Origin: Auanema rhodensis
Taxonomy: Eukaryota > Animalia > Nematoda
NCBI GenBank assembly: GCA_964057225.1
Contig: CAXKVF010000104.1
Span: 1-54,605, forward strand
Reading direction: 5' to 3'
DNA length: 54,605 nucleotides
Every line of letters starts with the position of its first letter. Positions within the stretch are counted from its first letter, which is position 1. The position numbers and the translations under genes are program-made. Positions 26,701 to 40,127 of the stretch are shown here, one piece after another. The notes below the pieces were generated by a model that was not told the DNA's origin, did not search any database, and was given only the letters and a program-made list of their open reading frames with translations.

Positions 26701-29700
26701 ATAAAGAGATGCGGTTTTCAAAATTAGATTCCTCATGTCCATATTAGTCTAAAAACAAATTTTTATTGATATTGGTTCATGGTAACCATGACTTTGAAAT
26801 TTACGTGAACTTTAATTTATGCTAATTAAATGTACACGTGATGTGCACTTGGTATGTAACTCGCTTCACGTGAAAGATAAAGAGATGCGGTTTTCTAAAT
26901 TAGATTCCCCATGTCCATATTAGTCTAAAAACAAATTTTTATTGATATTGGTTCATGGTAACCATGACTTTGAAATTTACGTGAACTTTAATTTATGCTA
27001 ATTAAATGTACACGTGATGTGCACTTGGTATGTAACTCGCTTCACGTGAAAGATAAAGAGATGCGGTTTTCAAAATTAGATTCCCCATGTCCATATTAGT
27101 CTAAAAACAAATTTTTATTGATATTGGTTCATGGTAACCATGACTTTGAAATTTACGTGAACTTTAATTTATGCTAATTAAATGTACACGTGATGTGCAC
27201 TTGGTATGTAACTCGCTTCACGTGAAAGATAAAGAGATGCGGTTTTCAAAATTAGATTCCCCATGTCCATATTAGTCTAAAAACAAATTTTTATTGATAT
27301 TGGTGCATGGTAACCATGACTTTGAAATTTACGTGAACTTTAATTCATGCTAATTAAATGTACACGTGATGTGCACTTGGTATGTAACTCGCTTCACGTG
27401 AAAGATAAAGAGATGCGGTTTTCAAAATTAGATTCCCCATGTCCATATTAGTCTAAAAACAAATTTTTATTGATATTGGTTCATGGTAACCATGACTTTG
27501 AAATTTACGTGAACTTTAATTTATGCTAATTAAATGTACACGTGATGTGCACTTGGTATGTAACTCGCTTCACGTGAAAGATAAAGAGATGCGGTTTTCT
27601 AAATTAGATTCCCCATGTCCATATTAGTCTAAAAACAAATTTTTATTGATATTGGTTCATGGTAACCATGACTTTGAAATTTACGTGAACTTTAATTTAT
27701 GCTAATTAAATGTACACGTGATGTGCACTTGGTATGTAACTCGCTTCACGTGAAAGATAAAGAGATGCGGTTTTCAAAATTAGATTCCCCATGTCCATAT
27801 TAGTCTAAAAACAAATTTTTATTGATATTGGTTCATGGTAACCATGACTTTGAAATTTACGTGAACTTTAATTTATGCTAATTAAATGTACACGTGATGT
27901 GCACTTGGTATGTAACTCGCTTCACGTGAAAGATAAAGAGATGCGGTTTTCAAAATTAGATTCCCCATGTCCATATTAGTCTAAAAACAAATTTTTATTG
28001 ATATTGGTGCATGGTAACCATGACTTTGAAATTTACGTGAACTTTAATTCATGCTAATTAAATGTACACGTGATGTGCACTTGGTATGTAACTCGCTTCA
28101 CGTGAAAGATAAAGAGATGCGGTTTTCAAAATTAGATTCCCCATGTCCATATTAGTCTAAAAACAAATTTTTATTGATATTGGTTCATGGTAACCATGAC
28201 TTTGAAATTTACGTGAACTTTAATTTATGCTAATTAAATGTACACGTGATGTGCACTTGGTATGTAACTCGCTTCACGTGAAAGATAAAGAGATGCGGTT
28301 TTCAAAATTAGATTCCCCATGTCCATATTAGTCTAAAAACAAATTTTTATTGATATTGCTTCATGGTAACCATGACTTTGAAATTTACGTGAACTTTAAT
28401 TTATGCTAATTAAATGTACACGTGATGTGCACTTGGTATGTAACTCGCTTCACGTGAAAGATAAAGAGATGCGGTTTTCAAAATTAGATTCCCCCTGTCC
28501 ATATTAGTCTAAAAACAAATTTTTATTGATATTGCTTCATGGTAACCATGACTTTGAAATTTACGTGAACTTTAATTTATGCTAATTAAATGTACACGTG
28601 ATGTGCACTTGGTATGTAACTCGCTTCACGTGAAAGATAAAGAGATGCGGTTTTCAAAATTAGATTCCCCATGTCCATATTAGTCTAAAAACAAATTTTT
28701 ATTGATATTGCTTCATGGTAACCATGACTTTGAAATTTACGTGAACTTTAATTTATGCTAATTAAATGTACACGTGATGTGCACTTGGTATGTAACTCGC
28801 TTCACGTGAAAGATAAAGAGATGCGGTTTTCAAAATTAGATTCCCCATGTCCATATTAGTCTAAAAACAAATTTTTATTGATATTGCTTCATGGTAACCA
28901 TGACTTTGAAATTTACGTGAACTTTAATTTATGCTAATTAAATGTACACGTGATGTGCACTTGGTATGTAACTCGCTTCACGTGAAAGATAAAGAGATGC
29001 GGTTTTCAAAATTAGATTCCCCCTGTCCATATTAGTCTAAAAACAAATTTTTATTGATATTGCTTCATGGTAACCATGACTTTGAAATTTACGTGAACTT
29101 TAATTTATGCTAATTAAATGTACACGTGATGTGCACTTGGTATGTAACTCGCTTCACGTGAAAGATAAAGAGATGCGGTTTTCAAAATTAGATTCCCCAT
29201 GTCCATATTAGTCTAAAAACAAATTTTTATTGATATTGCTTCATGGTAACCATGACTTTGAAATTTACGTGAACTTTAATTTATGCTAATTAAATGTACA
29301 CGTGATGTGCACTTGGTATGTAACTCGCTTCACGTGAAAGATAAAGAGATGCGGTTTTCAAAATTAGATTCCCCATGTCCATATTAGTCTAAAAACAAAT
29401 TTTTATTGATATTGGTGCATGGTAACCATGACTTTGAAATTTACGTGAACTTTAATTTATGCTAATTAAATGTACACGTGATGTGCACTTGGTATGTAAC
29501 TCGCTTCACGTGAAAGATAAAGAGATGCGGTTTTCAAAATTAGATTCCCCATGTCCATATTAGTCTAAAAACAAATTTTTATTGATATTGCTTCATGGTA
29601 ACCATGACTTTGAAATTTACGTGAACTTTAATTTATGCTAATTAAATGTACACGTGATGTGCACTTGGTATGTAACTCGCTTCACGTGAAAGATAAAGAG

Positions 29701-30271
29701 ATGCGGTTTTCAAAATTAGATTCCCCATGTCCATATTAGTCTAAAAACAAATTTTTATTGATATTGGTGCATGGTAACCATGACTTTGAAATTTACGTGA
29801 ACTTTAATTTATGCTAATTAAATGTACACGTGATGTGCACTTGGTATGTAACTCGCTTCACGTGAAAGATAAAGAGATGCGGTTTTCAAAATTAGATTCC
29901 CCATGTCCATATTAGTCTCAAAACAAATTTTTATTGATATTGGTTCATGGTAACCATGACTTTGAAATTTACGTGAACTTTAATTTATGCTAATTAAATG
30001 TACACGTGATGTGCACTTGGTATGTAACTCGCTTCACGTGAAAGAAAAAGAGATGCGGTTTTCAAAATTAGATTTCCCATGTCCATATTAGTCTAAAAAC
30101 AAATTTTTATTGATATTGCTTCATGGTAACCATGACTTTGAAATTTACGTGAACTTTAATTTATGCTAATTAAATGTACACGTGATGTGCACTTGGTATG
30201 TAACTCGCTTCACGTGAAAGATAAAGAGATGCGGTTTTCAAAATTAGATTCCCCCTGTCCATATTAGTCTA
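20768..30271. repeat. Large block duplication (20768-24991 copied at 25344-30271) with an extra internal 4-mer
   Basis: Shared variant order GAATTTT, TTGTT, TTCTAAA, AATTC, CCCCT x2, GAAAAAG+TTTCCC. The offset is 4576 bp before and 5280 bp after the 4-mer duplication at 26752-28159. Confidence 0.85.
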
Positions 30272-31327
30272 AAAACAAATTTTTATTGATATTGCTTCAT
30301 GGTAACCATGACTTTGAAATTTACGTGAACTTTAATTTATGCTAATTAAATGTACACGTGATGTGCACTTGGTATGTAACTCGCTTCACGTGAAAGATAA
30401 AGAGATGCGGTTTTCAAAATTAGATTCCCCATGTCCATATTAGTCTAAAAACAAATTTTTATTGATATTGCTTCATGGTAACCATGACTTTGAAATTTAC
30501 GTGAACTTTAATTTATGCTAATTAAATGTACACGTGATGTGCACTTGGTATGTAACTCGCTTCACGTGAAAGATAAAGAGATGCGGTTTTCAAAATTAGA
30601 TTCCCCATGTCCATATTAGTCTCAAAACAAATTTTTATTGATATTGGTTCATGGTAACCATGACTTTGAAATTTACGTGAACTTTAATTTATGCTAATTA
30701 AATGTACACGTGATGTGCACTTGGTATGTAACTCGCTTCACGTGAAAGATAAAGAGATGCGGTTTTCAAAATTAGATTCCCCATGTCCATATTAGTCTAA
30801 AAACAAATTTTTATTGATATTGCTTCATGGTAACCATGACTTTGAAATTTACGTGAACTTTAATTTATGCTAATTAAATGTACACGTGATGTGCACTTGG
30901 TATGTAACTCGCTTCACGTGAAAGATAAAGAGATGCGGTTTTCAAAATTAGATTCCCCATGTCCATATTAGTCTAAAAACAAATTTTTATTGATATTGCT
31001 TCATGGTAACCATGACTTTGAAATTTACGTGAACTTTAATTTATGCTAATTAAATGTACACGTGATGTGCACTTGGTATGTAACTCGCTTCACGTGAAAG
31101 ATAAAGAGATGCGGTTTTCAAAATTAGATTCCCCATGTCCATATTAGTCTAAAAACAAATTTTTATTGATATTGGTTCATGGTAACCATGACTTTGAAAT
31201 TTACGTGAACTTTAATTTATGCTAATTAAATGTACACGTGATGTGCACTTGGTATGTAACTCGCTTCACGTGAAAGATAAAGAGATGCGGTTTTCAAAAT
31301 TAGATTCCCCATGTCCATATTAGTCTA

Positions 31328-34300
31328 AAAACAAATTTTTATTGATATTGCTTCATGGTAACCATGACTTTGAAATTTACGTGAACTTTAATTTATGCTA
31401 ATTAAATGTACACGTGATGTGCACTTGGTATGTAACTCGCTTCACGTGAAAGATAAAGAGATGCGGTTTTCAAAATTAGATTCCCCATGTCCATATTAGT
31501 CTAAAAACAAATTTTTATTGATATTGGTGCATGGTAACCATGACTTTGAAATTTACGTGAACTTTAATTTATGCTAATTAAATGTACACGTGATGTGCAC
31601 TTGGTATGTAACTCGCTTCACGTGAAAGATAAAGAGATGCGGTTTTCAAAATTAGATTCCCCATGTCCATATTAGTCTCAAAACAAATTTTTATTGATAT
31701 TGGTTCATGGTAACCATGACTTTGAAATTTACGTGAACTTTAATTTATGCTAATTAAATGTACACGTGATGTGCACTTGGTATGGAACTCGCTTCACGTG
31801 AAAGATAAAGAGATGCGGTTTTCAAAATTAGATTTCCCATGTCCATATTAGTCTAAAAACAAATTTTTATTGATATTGCTTCATGGTAACCATGACTTTG
31901 AAATTTACGTGAACTTTAATTTATGCTAATTAAATGTACACGTGATGTGCACTTGGTATGTAACTCGCTTCACGTGAAAGATAAAGAGATGCGGTTTTCA
32001 AAATTAGATTCCCCATGTCCATATTAGTCTAAAAACAAATTTTTATTGATATTGCTTCATGGTAACCATGACTTTGAAATTTACGTGAACTTTAATTTAT
32101 GCTAATTAAATGTACACGTGATGTGCACTTGGTATGTAACTCGCTTCACGTGAAAGATAAAGAGATGCGGTTTTCAAAATTAGATTCCCCCTGTCCATAT
32201 TAGTCTAAAAACAAATTTTTATTGATATTGCTTCATGGTAACCATGACTTTGAAATTTACGTGAACTTTAATTTATGCTAATTAAATGTACACGTGATGT
32301 GCACTTGGTATGTAACTCGCTTCACGTGAAAGATAAAGAGATGCGGTTTTCAAAATTAGATTCCCCATGTCCATATTAGTCTAAAAACAAATTTTTATTG
32401 ATATTGCTTCATGGTAACCATGACTTTGAAATTTACGTGAACTTTAATTTATGCTAATTAAATGTACACGTGATGTGCACTTGGTATGTAACTCGCTTCA
32501 CGTGAAAGATAAAGAGATGCGGTTTTCAAAATTAGATTCCCCCTGTCCATATTAGTCTAAAAACAAATTTTTATTGATATTGCTTCATGGTAACCATGAC
32601 TTTGAAATTTACGTGAACTTTAATTTATGCTAATTAAATGTACACGTGATGTGCACTTGGTATGTAACTCGCTTCACGTGAAAGATAAAGAGATGCGGTT
32701 TTCAAAATTAGATTCCCCATGTCCATATTAGTCTAAAAACAAATTTTTATTGATATTGCTTCATGGTAACCATGACTTTGAAATTTACGTGAACTTTAAT
32801 TTATGCTAATTAAATGTACACGTGATGTGCACTTGGTATGTAACTCGCTTCACGTGAAAGATAAAGAGATGCGGTTTTCAAAATTAGATTCCCCATGTCC
32901 ATATTAGTCTAAAAACAAATTTTTATTGATATTGGTGCATGGTAACCATGACTTTGAAATTTACGTGAACTTTAATTTATGCTAATTAAATGTACACGTG
33001 ATGTGCACTTGGTATGTAACTCGCTTCACGTGAAAGATAAAGAGATGCGGTTTTCAAAATTAGATTCCCCATGTCCATATTAGTCTAAAAACAAACTTTT
33101 ATTGATATTGGTGCATGGTAACCATGACTTTGAAATTTACGTGAACTTTAATTTATGCTAATTAAATGTACACGTGATGTGCACTTGGTATGTAACTCGC
33201 TTCACGTGAAAGATAAAGAGATGCGGTTTTCAAAATTAGATTCCCCATGTCCATATTAGTCTAAAAACAAATTTTTATTGATATTGGTGCATGGTAACCA
33301 TGACTTTGAAATTTACGTGAACTTTAATTTATGCTAATTAAATGTACACGTGATGTGCTCTTGGTATGTAACTCGCTTCACGTGAAAGATAAAGAGATGC
33401 GGTTTTCAAAATTAGATTTCCCTAGTCCATATTAGTCTAAAAACAAATTTTTATTGATATTGGTTCATGGTAACCATGACTTTGAAATTTACGTGAACTT
33501 TAATTTATGCTAATTAAATGTACACGTGATGTGCACTTGGTATGTAACTCGCTTCACGTGAAAGATAAAGAGATGCGGTTTTCAAAATTAGATTCCCCAT
33601 GTCCATATTAGTCTAAAAACAAATTTTTATTGATATTGGTTCATGGTAACCATGACTTTGAATTTTACGTGAACTTTAATTTATGCTAATTAAATGTACA
33701 CGTGATGTGCACTTGGTATGTAACTCGCTTCACGTGAAAGATAAAGAGATGCGGTTTTCAAAATTAGATTCCCCATGTCCATATTAGTCTAAAAACAAAT
33801 TTTTATTGATATTGCTTCATGGTAACCATGACTTTGAAATTTACGTGAACTTTAATTTATGCTAATTAAATGTACACGTGATGTGCACTTGGTATGTAAC
33901 TCGCTTCACGTGAAAGATAAAGAGATGCGGTTTTCAAAATTAGATTCCCCATGTCCATATTAGTCTCAAAACAAATTTTTATTGATATTGGTTCATGGTA
34001 ACCATGACTTTGAAATTTACGTGAACTTTAATTTATGCTAATTAAATGTACACGTGATGTGCACTTGGTATGTAACTCGCTTCACGTGAAAGATAAAGAG
34101 ATGCGGTTTTCAAAATTAGATTCTCCATGTCCATATTAGTCTAAAAACAAATTTTTATTGATATTGGTGCATGGTAACCATGACTTTGAAATTTACGTGA
34201 ACTTTAATTTATGCTAATTAAATGTACACGTGATGTGCACTTGGTATGTAACTCGCTTCACGTGAAAGATAAAGAGATGCGGTTTTCAAAATTAGATTCC

Positions 34301-37300
34301 CCATGTCCATATTAGTCTAAAAACAAATTTTTATTGATATTGGTGCATGGTAACCATGACTTTGAAATTTACGTGAACTTTAATTTATGCTAATTAAATG
34401 TACACGTGATGTGCACTTGGTATGTAACTCGCTTCACGTGAAAGATAAAGAGATGCGGTTTTCAAAATTAGATTCCCCTAGTCCATATTAGTCTAAAAAC
34501 AAATTTTTATTGATATTGGTTCATGGTAACCATGACTTTGAAATTTACGTGAACTTTAATTTATGCTAATTAAATGTACACGTGATGTGCACTTGGTATG
34601 TAACTCGCTTCACGTGAAAGATAAAGAGATGCGGTTTTCAAAATTAGATTCCCCCTGTCCATATTAGTCTAAAAACAAATTTTTATTGATATTGCTTCAT
34701 GGTAACCATGACTTTGAAATTTACGTGAACTTTAATTTATGCTAATTAAATGTACACGTGATGTGCACTTGGTATGTAACTCGCTTCACGTGAAAGAAAA
34801 AGAGATGCGGTTTTCAAAATTAGATTTCCCATGTCCATATTAGTCTAAAAACAAATTTTTATTGATATTGCTTCATGGTAACCATGACTTTGAAATTTAC
34901 GTGAACTTTAATTTATGCTAATTAAATGTACACGTGATGTGCACTTGGTATGTAACTCGCTTCACGTGAAAGATAAAGAGATGCGGTTTTCAAAATTAGA
35001 TTCCCCATGTCCATATTAGTCTAAAAACAAATTTTTATTGATATTGGTGCATGGTAACCATGACTTTGAAATTTACGTGAACTTTAATTTATGCTAATTA
35101 AATGTACACGTGATGTGCACTTGGTATGTAACTCGCTTCACGTGAAAGATAAAGAGATGCGGTTTTCAAAATTAGATTCCCCATGTCCATATTAGTCTCA
35201 AAACAAATTTTTATTGATATTGGTTCATGGTAACCATGACTTTGAAATTTACGTGAACTTTAATTTATGCTAATTAAATGTACACGTGATGTGCACTTGG
35301 TATGGAACTCGCTTCACGTGAAAGATAAAGAGATGCGGTTTTCAAAATTAGATTTCCCATGTCCATATTAGTCTAAAAACAAATTTTTATTGATATTGCT
35401 TCATGGTAACCATGACTTTGAAATTTACGTGAACTTTAATTTATGCTAATTAAATGTACACGTGATGTGCACTTGGTATGTAACTCGCTTCACGTGAAAG
35501 ATAAAGAGATGCGGTTTTCAAAATTAGATTCCCCATGTCCATATTAGTCTAAAAACAAATTTTTATTGATATTGCTTCATGGTAACCATGACTTTGAAAT
35601 TTACGTGAACTTTAATTTATGCTAATTAAATGTACACGTGATGTGCACTTGGTATGTAACTCGCTTCACGTGAAAGATAAAGAGATGCGGTTTTCAAAAT
35701 TAGATTCCCCCTGTCCATATTAGTCTAAAAACAAATTTTTATTGATATTGCTTCATGGTAACCATGACTTTGAAATTTACGTGAACTTTAATTTATGCTA
35801 ATTAAATGTACACGTGATGTGCACTTGGTATGTAACTCGCTTCACGTGAAAGATAAAGAGATGCGGTTTTCAAAATTAGATTCCCCATGTCCATATTAGT
35901 CTAAAAACAAATTTTTATTGATATTGCTTCATGGTAACCATGACTTTGAAATTTACGTGAACTTTAATTTATGCTAATTAAATGTACACGTGATGTGCAC
36001 TTGGTATGTAACTCGCTTCACGTGAAAGATAAAGAGATGCGGTTTTCAAAATTAGATTCCCCCTGTCCATATTAGTCTAAAAACAAATTTTTATTGATAT
36101 TGCTTCATGGTAACCATGACTTTGAAATTTACGTGAACTTTAATTTATGCTAATTAAATGTACACGTGATGTGCACTTGGTATGTAACTCGCTTCACGTG
36201 AAAGATAAAGAGATGCGGTTTTCAAAATTAGATTCCCCATGTCCATATTAGTCTAAAAACAAATTTTTATTGATATTGCTTCATGGTAACCATGACTTTG
36301 AAATTTACGTGAACTTTAATTTATGCTAATTAAATGTACACGTGATGTGCACTTGGTATGTAACTCGCTTCACGTGAAAGATAAAGAGATGCGGTTTTCA
36401 AAATTAGATTCCCCATGTCCATATTAGTCTAAAAACAAATTTTTATTGATATTGGTGCATGGTAACCATGACTTTGAAATTTACGTGAACTTTAATTTAT
36501 GCTAATTAAATGTACACGTGATGTGCACTTGGTATGTAACTCGCTTCACGTGAAAGATAAAGAGATGCGGTTTTCAAAATTAGATTCCCCATGTCCATAT
36601 TAGTCTAAAAACAAACTTTTATTGATATTGGTGCATGGTAACCATGACTTTGAAATTTACGTGAACTTTAATTTATGCTAATTAAATGTACACGTGATGT
36701 GCACTTGGTATGTAACTCGCTTCACGTGAAAGATAAAGAGATGCGGTTTTCAAAATTAGATTCCCCATGTCCATATTAGTCTAAAAACAAATTTTTATTG
36801 ATATTGGTGCATGGTAACCATGACTTTGAAATTTACGTGAACTTTAATTTATGCTAATTAAATGTACACGTGATGTGCTCTTGGTATGTAACTCGCTTCA
36901 CGTGAAAGATAAAGAGATGCGGTTTTCAAAATTAGATTTCCCTAGTCCATATTAGTCTAAAAACAAATTTTTATTGATATTGGTTCATGGTAACCATGAC
37001 TTTGAAATTTACGTGAACTTTAATTTATGCTAATTAAATGTACACGTGATGTGCACTTGGTATGTAACTCGCTTCACGTGAAAGATAAAGAGATGCGGTT
37101 TTCAAAATTAGATTCCCCATGTCCATATTAGTCTAAAAACAAATTTTTATTGATATTGGTTCATGGTAACCATGACTTTGAATTTTACGTGAACTTTAAT
37201 TTATGCTAATTAAATGTACACGTGATGTGCACTTGGTATGTAACTCGCTTCACGTGAAAGATAAAGAGATGCGGTTTTCAAAATTAGATTCCCCATGTCC

Positions 37301-37663
37301 ATATTAGTCTAAAAACAAATTTTTATTGATATTGCTTCATGGTAACCATGACTTTGAAATTTACGTGAACTTTAATTTATGCTAATTAAATGTACACGTG
37401 ATGTGCACTTGGTATGTAACTCGCTTCACGTGAAAGATAAAGAGATGCGGTTTTCAAAATTAGATTCCCCATGTCCATATTAGTCTCAAAACAAATTTTT
37501 ATTGATATTGGTTCATGGTAACCATGACTTTGAAATTTACGTGAACTTTAATTTATGCTAATTAAATGTACACGTGATGTGCACTTGGTATGTAACTCGC
37601 TTCACGTGAAAGATAAAGAGATGCGGTTTTCAAAATTAGATTCCCCATGTCCATATTAGTCTA
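31328..37663. repeat. Duplication with a 20-monomer (3520 bp) period
   Basis: Rare markers are paired exactly 3520 bp apart: TATGGAAC 31785/35305, AAACTTTT 33096/36616, GTGCTC 33359/36879, TTTCCCTAG 33419/36939. Confidence 0.9.
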
Positions 37664-39071
37664 AAAACAAATTTTTATTGATATTGCTTCATGGTAACCA
37701 TGACTTTGAAATTTACGTGAACTTTAATTTATGCTAATTAAATGTACACGTGATGTGCACTTGGTATGTAACTCGCTTCACGTGAAAGATAAAGAGATGC
37801 GGTTTTCAAAATTAGATTCCCCATGTCCATATTAGTCTCAAAACAAATTTTTATTGATATTGGTTCATGGTAACCATGACTTTGAAATTTACGTGAACTT
37901 TAATTTATGCTAATTAAATGTACACGTGATGTGCACTTGGTATGTAACTCGCTTCACGTGAAAGATAAAGAGATGCGGTTTTCAAAATTAGATTCCCCAT
38001 GTCCATATTAGTCTAAAAACAAATTTTTATTGATATTGGTGCATGGTAACCATGACTTTGAAATTTACGTGAACTTTAATTTATGCTAATTAAATGTACA
38101 CGTGATGTGCACTTGGTATGTAACTCGCTTCACGTGAAAGATAAAGAGATGCGGTTTTCAAAATTAGATTCCCCATGTCCATATTAGTCTAAAAACAAAT
38201 TTTTATTGATATTGGTGCATGGTAACCATGACTTTGAAATTTACGTAAACTTTAATTTATGCTAATTAAATGTACACGTGATGTGCACTTGGTATGTAAC
38301 TCGCTTCACGTGAAAGATAAAGAGATGCGGTTTTCAAAATTAGATTCCCCATGTCCATATTAGTCTAAAAACAAATTTTTATTGATATTGCTTCATGGTA
38401 ACCATGACTTTGAAATTTACGTGAACTTTAATTTATGCTAATTAAATGTACACGTGATGTGCACTTGGTATGTAACTCGCTTCACGTGAAAGATAAAGAG
38501 ATGCGGTTTTCAAAATTAGATTCCCCATGTCCATATTAGTCTCAAAACAAATTTTTATTGATATTGGTGCATGGTAACCATGACTTTGAAATTTACGTGA
38601 ACTTTAATTTATGCTAATTAAATGTACACGTGATGTGCACTTGGTATGTAACTCGCTTCACGTGAAAGATAAAGAGATGCGGTTTTCAAAATTAGATTCC
38701 CCATGTCCATATTAGTCTAAAAACAAATTTTTATTGATATTGGTGCATGGTAACCATGACTTTGAAATTTACGTGAACTTTAATTTATGCTAATTAAATG
38801 TACACGTGATGTGCACTTGGTATGTAACTCGCTTCACGTGAAAGATAAAGAGATGCGGTTTTCAAAATTAGATTCCCCATGTCCATATTAGTCTAAAAAC
38901 AAATTTTTATTGATATTGGTGCATGGTAACCATGACTTTGAAATTTACGTGAACTTTAATTTATGCTAATTAAATGTACACGTGATGTGCACTTGTTATG
39001 TAACTCGCTTCACGTGAAAGATAAAGAGATGCGGTTTTCAAAATTAGATTCCCCATGTCCATATTAGTCTA

Positions 39072-40127
39072 AAAACAAATTTTTATTGATATTGGTTCAT
39101 GGTAACCATGACTTTGAAATTTACGTGAACTTTAATTTATGCTAATTAAATGTACACGTGATGTGCACTTGGTATGTAACTCGCTTCACGTGAAAGATAA
39201 AGAGATGCGGTTTTCAAAAATAGATTCCCCATGTCCATATTAGTCTAAAAACAAATTTTTATTGATATTGGTTCATGGTAACCATGACTTTGAAATTTAC
39301 GTGAACTTTAATTTATGCTAATTAAATGTACACGTGATGTGCTCTTGGTATGTAACTCGATTCACGTGAAAGATAAAGAGATGCGGTTTTCAAAATTAGA
39401 TTCCCCATGTCCATATTAGTCTAAAAACAAATTTTTATTGATATTGGTGCATGGTAACCATGACTTTGAAATTTACGTGAAATTTAATTTATGCTAATTA
39501 AATGTACACGTGATGTGCACTTGGTATGTAACTCGCTTCACGTGAAAGATAAAGAGATGCGGTTTTCAAAATTAGATTCCCCATGTCCATATTAGTCTAA
39601 AAACAAATTTTTATTGATATTGGTTCATGGTAACCATGACTTTGAAATTTACGTGAACTTTAATTTATGCTAATTAAATGTACACGTGATGTGCACTTGG
39701 TATGTAACTCGCTTCACGTGAAAGATAAAGAGATGCGGTTTTCAAAAATAGATTCCCCATGTCCATATTAGTCTAAAAACAAATTTTTATTGATATTGGT
39801 TCATGGTAACCATGACTTTGAAATTTACGTGAACTTTAATTTATGCTAATTAAATGTACACGTGATGTGCTCTTGGTATGTAACTCGATTCACGTGAAAG
39901 ATAAAGAGATGCGGTTTTCAAAATTAGATTCCCCATGTCCATATTAGTCTAAAAACAAATTTTTATTGATATTGGTGCATGGTAACCATGACTTTGAAAT
40001 TTACGTGAACTTTAATTTATGCTAATTAAATGTACACGTGAAGTGCACTTGGTATGTAACTCGCTTCACGTGAAAGATAAAGAGATGCGGTTTTCAAAAT
40101 TAGATTCCCCATGTCCATATTAGTCTA
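39072..40127. repeat. Tandem 3-mer duplication (528 bp)
   Basis: AAAAATAG at 39220/39748; GTGCTC plus CTCGATT together in the monomers starting at 39248 and 39776. Confidence 0.88.
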
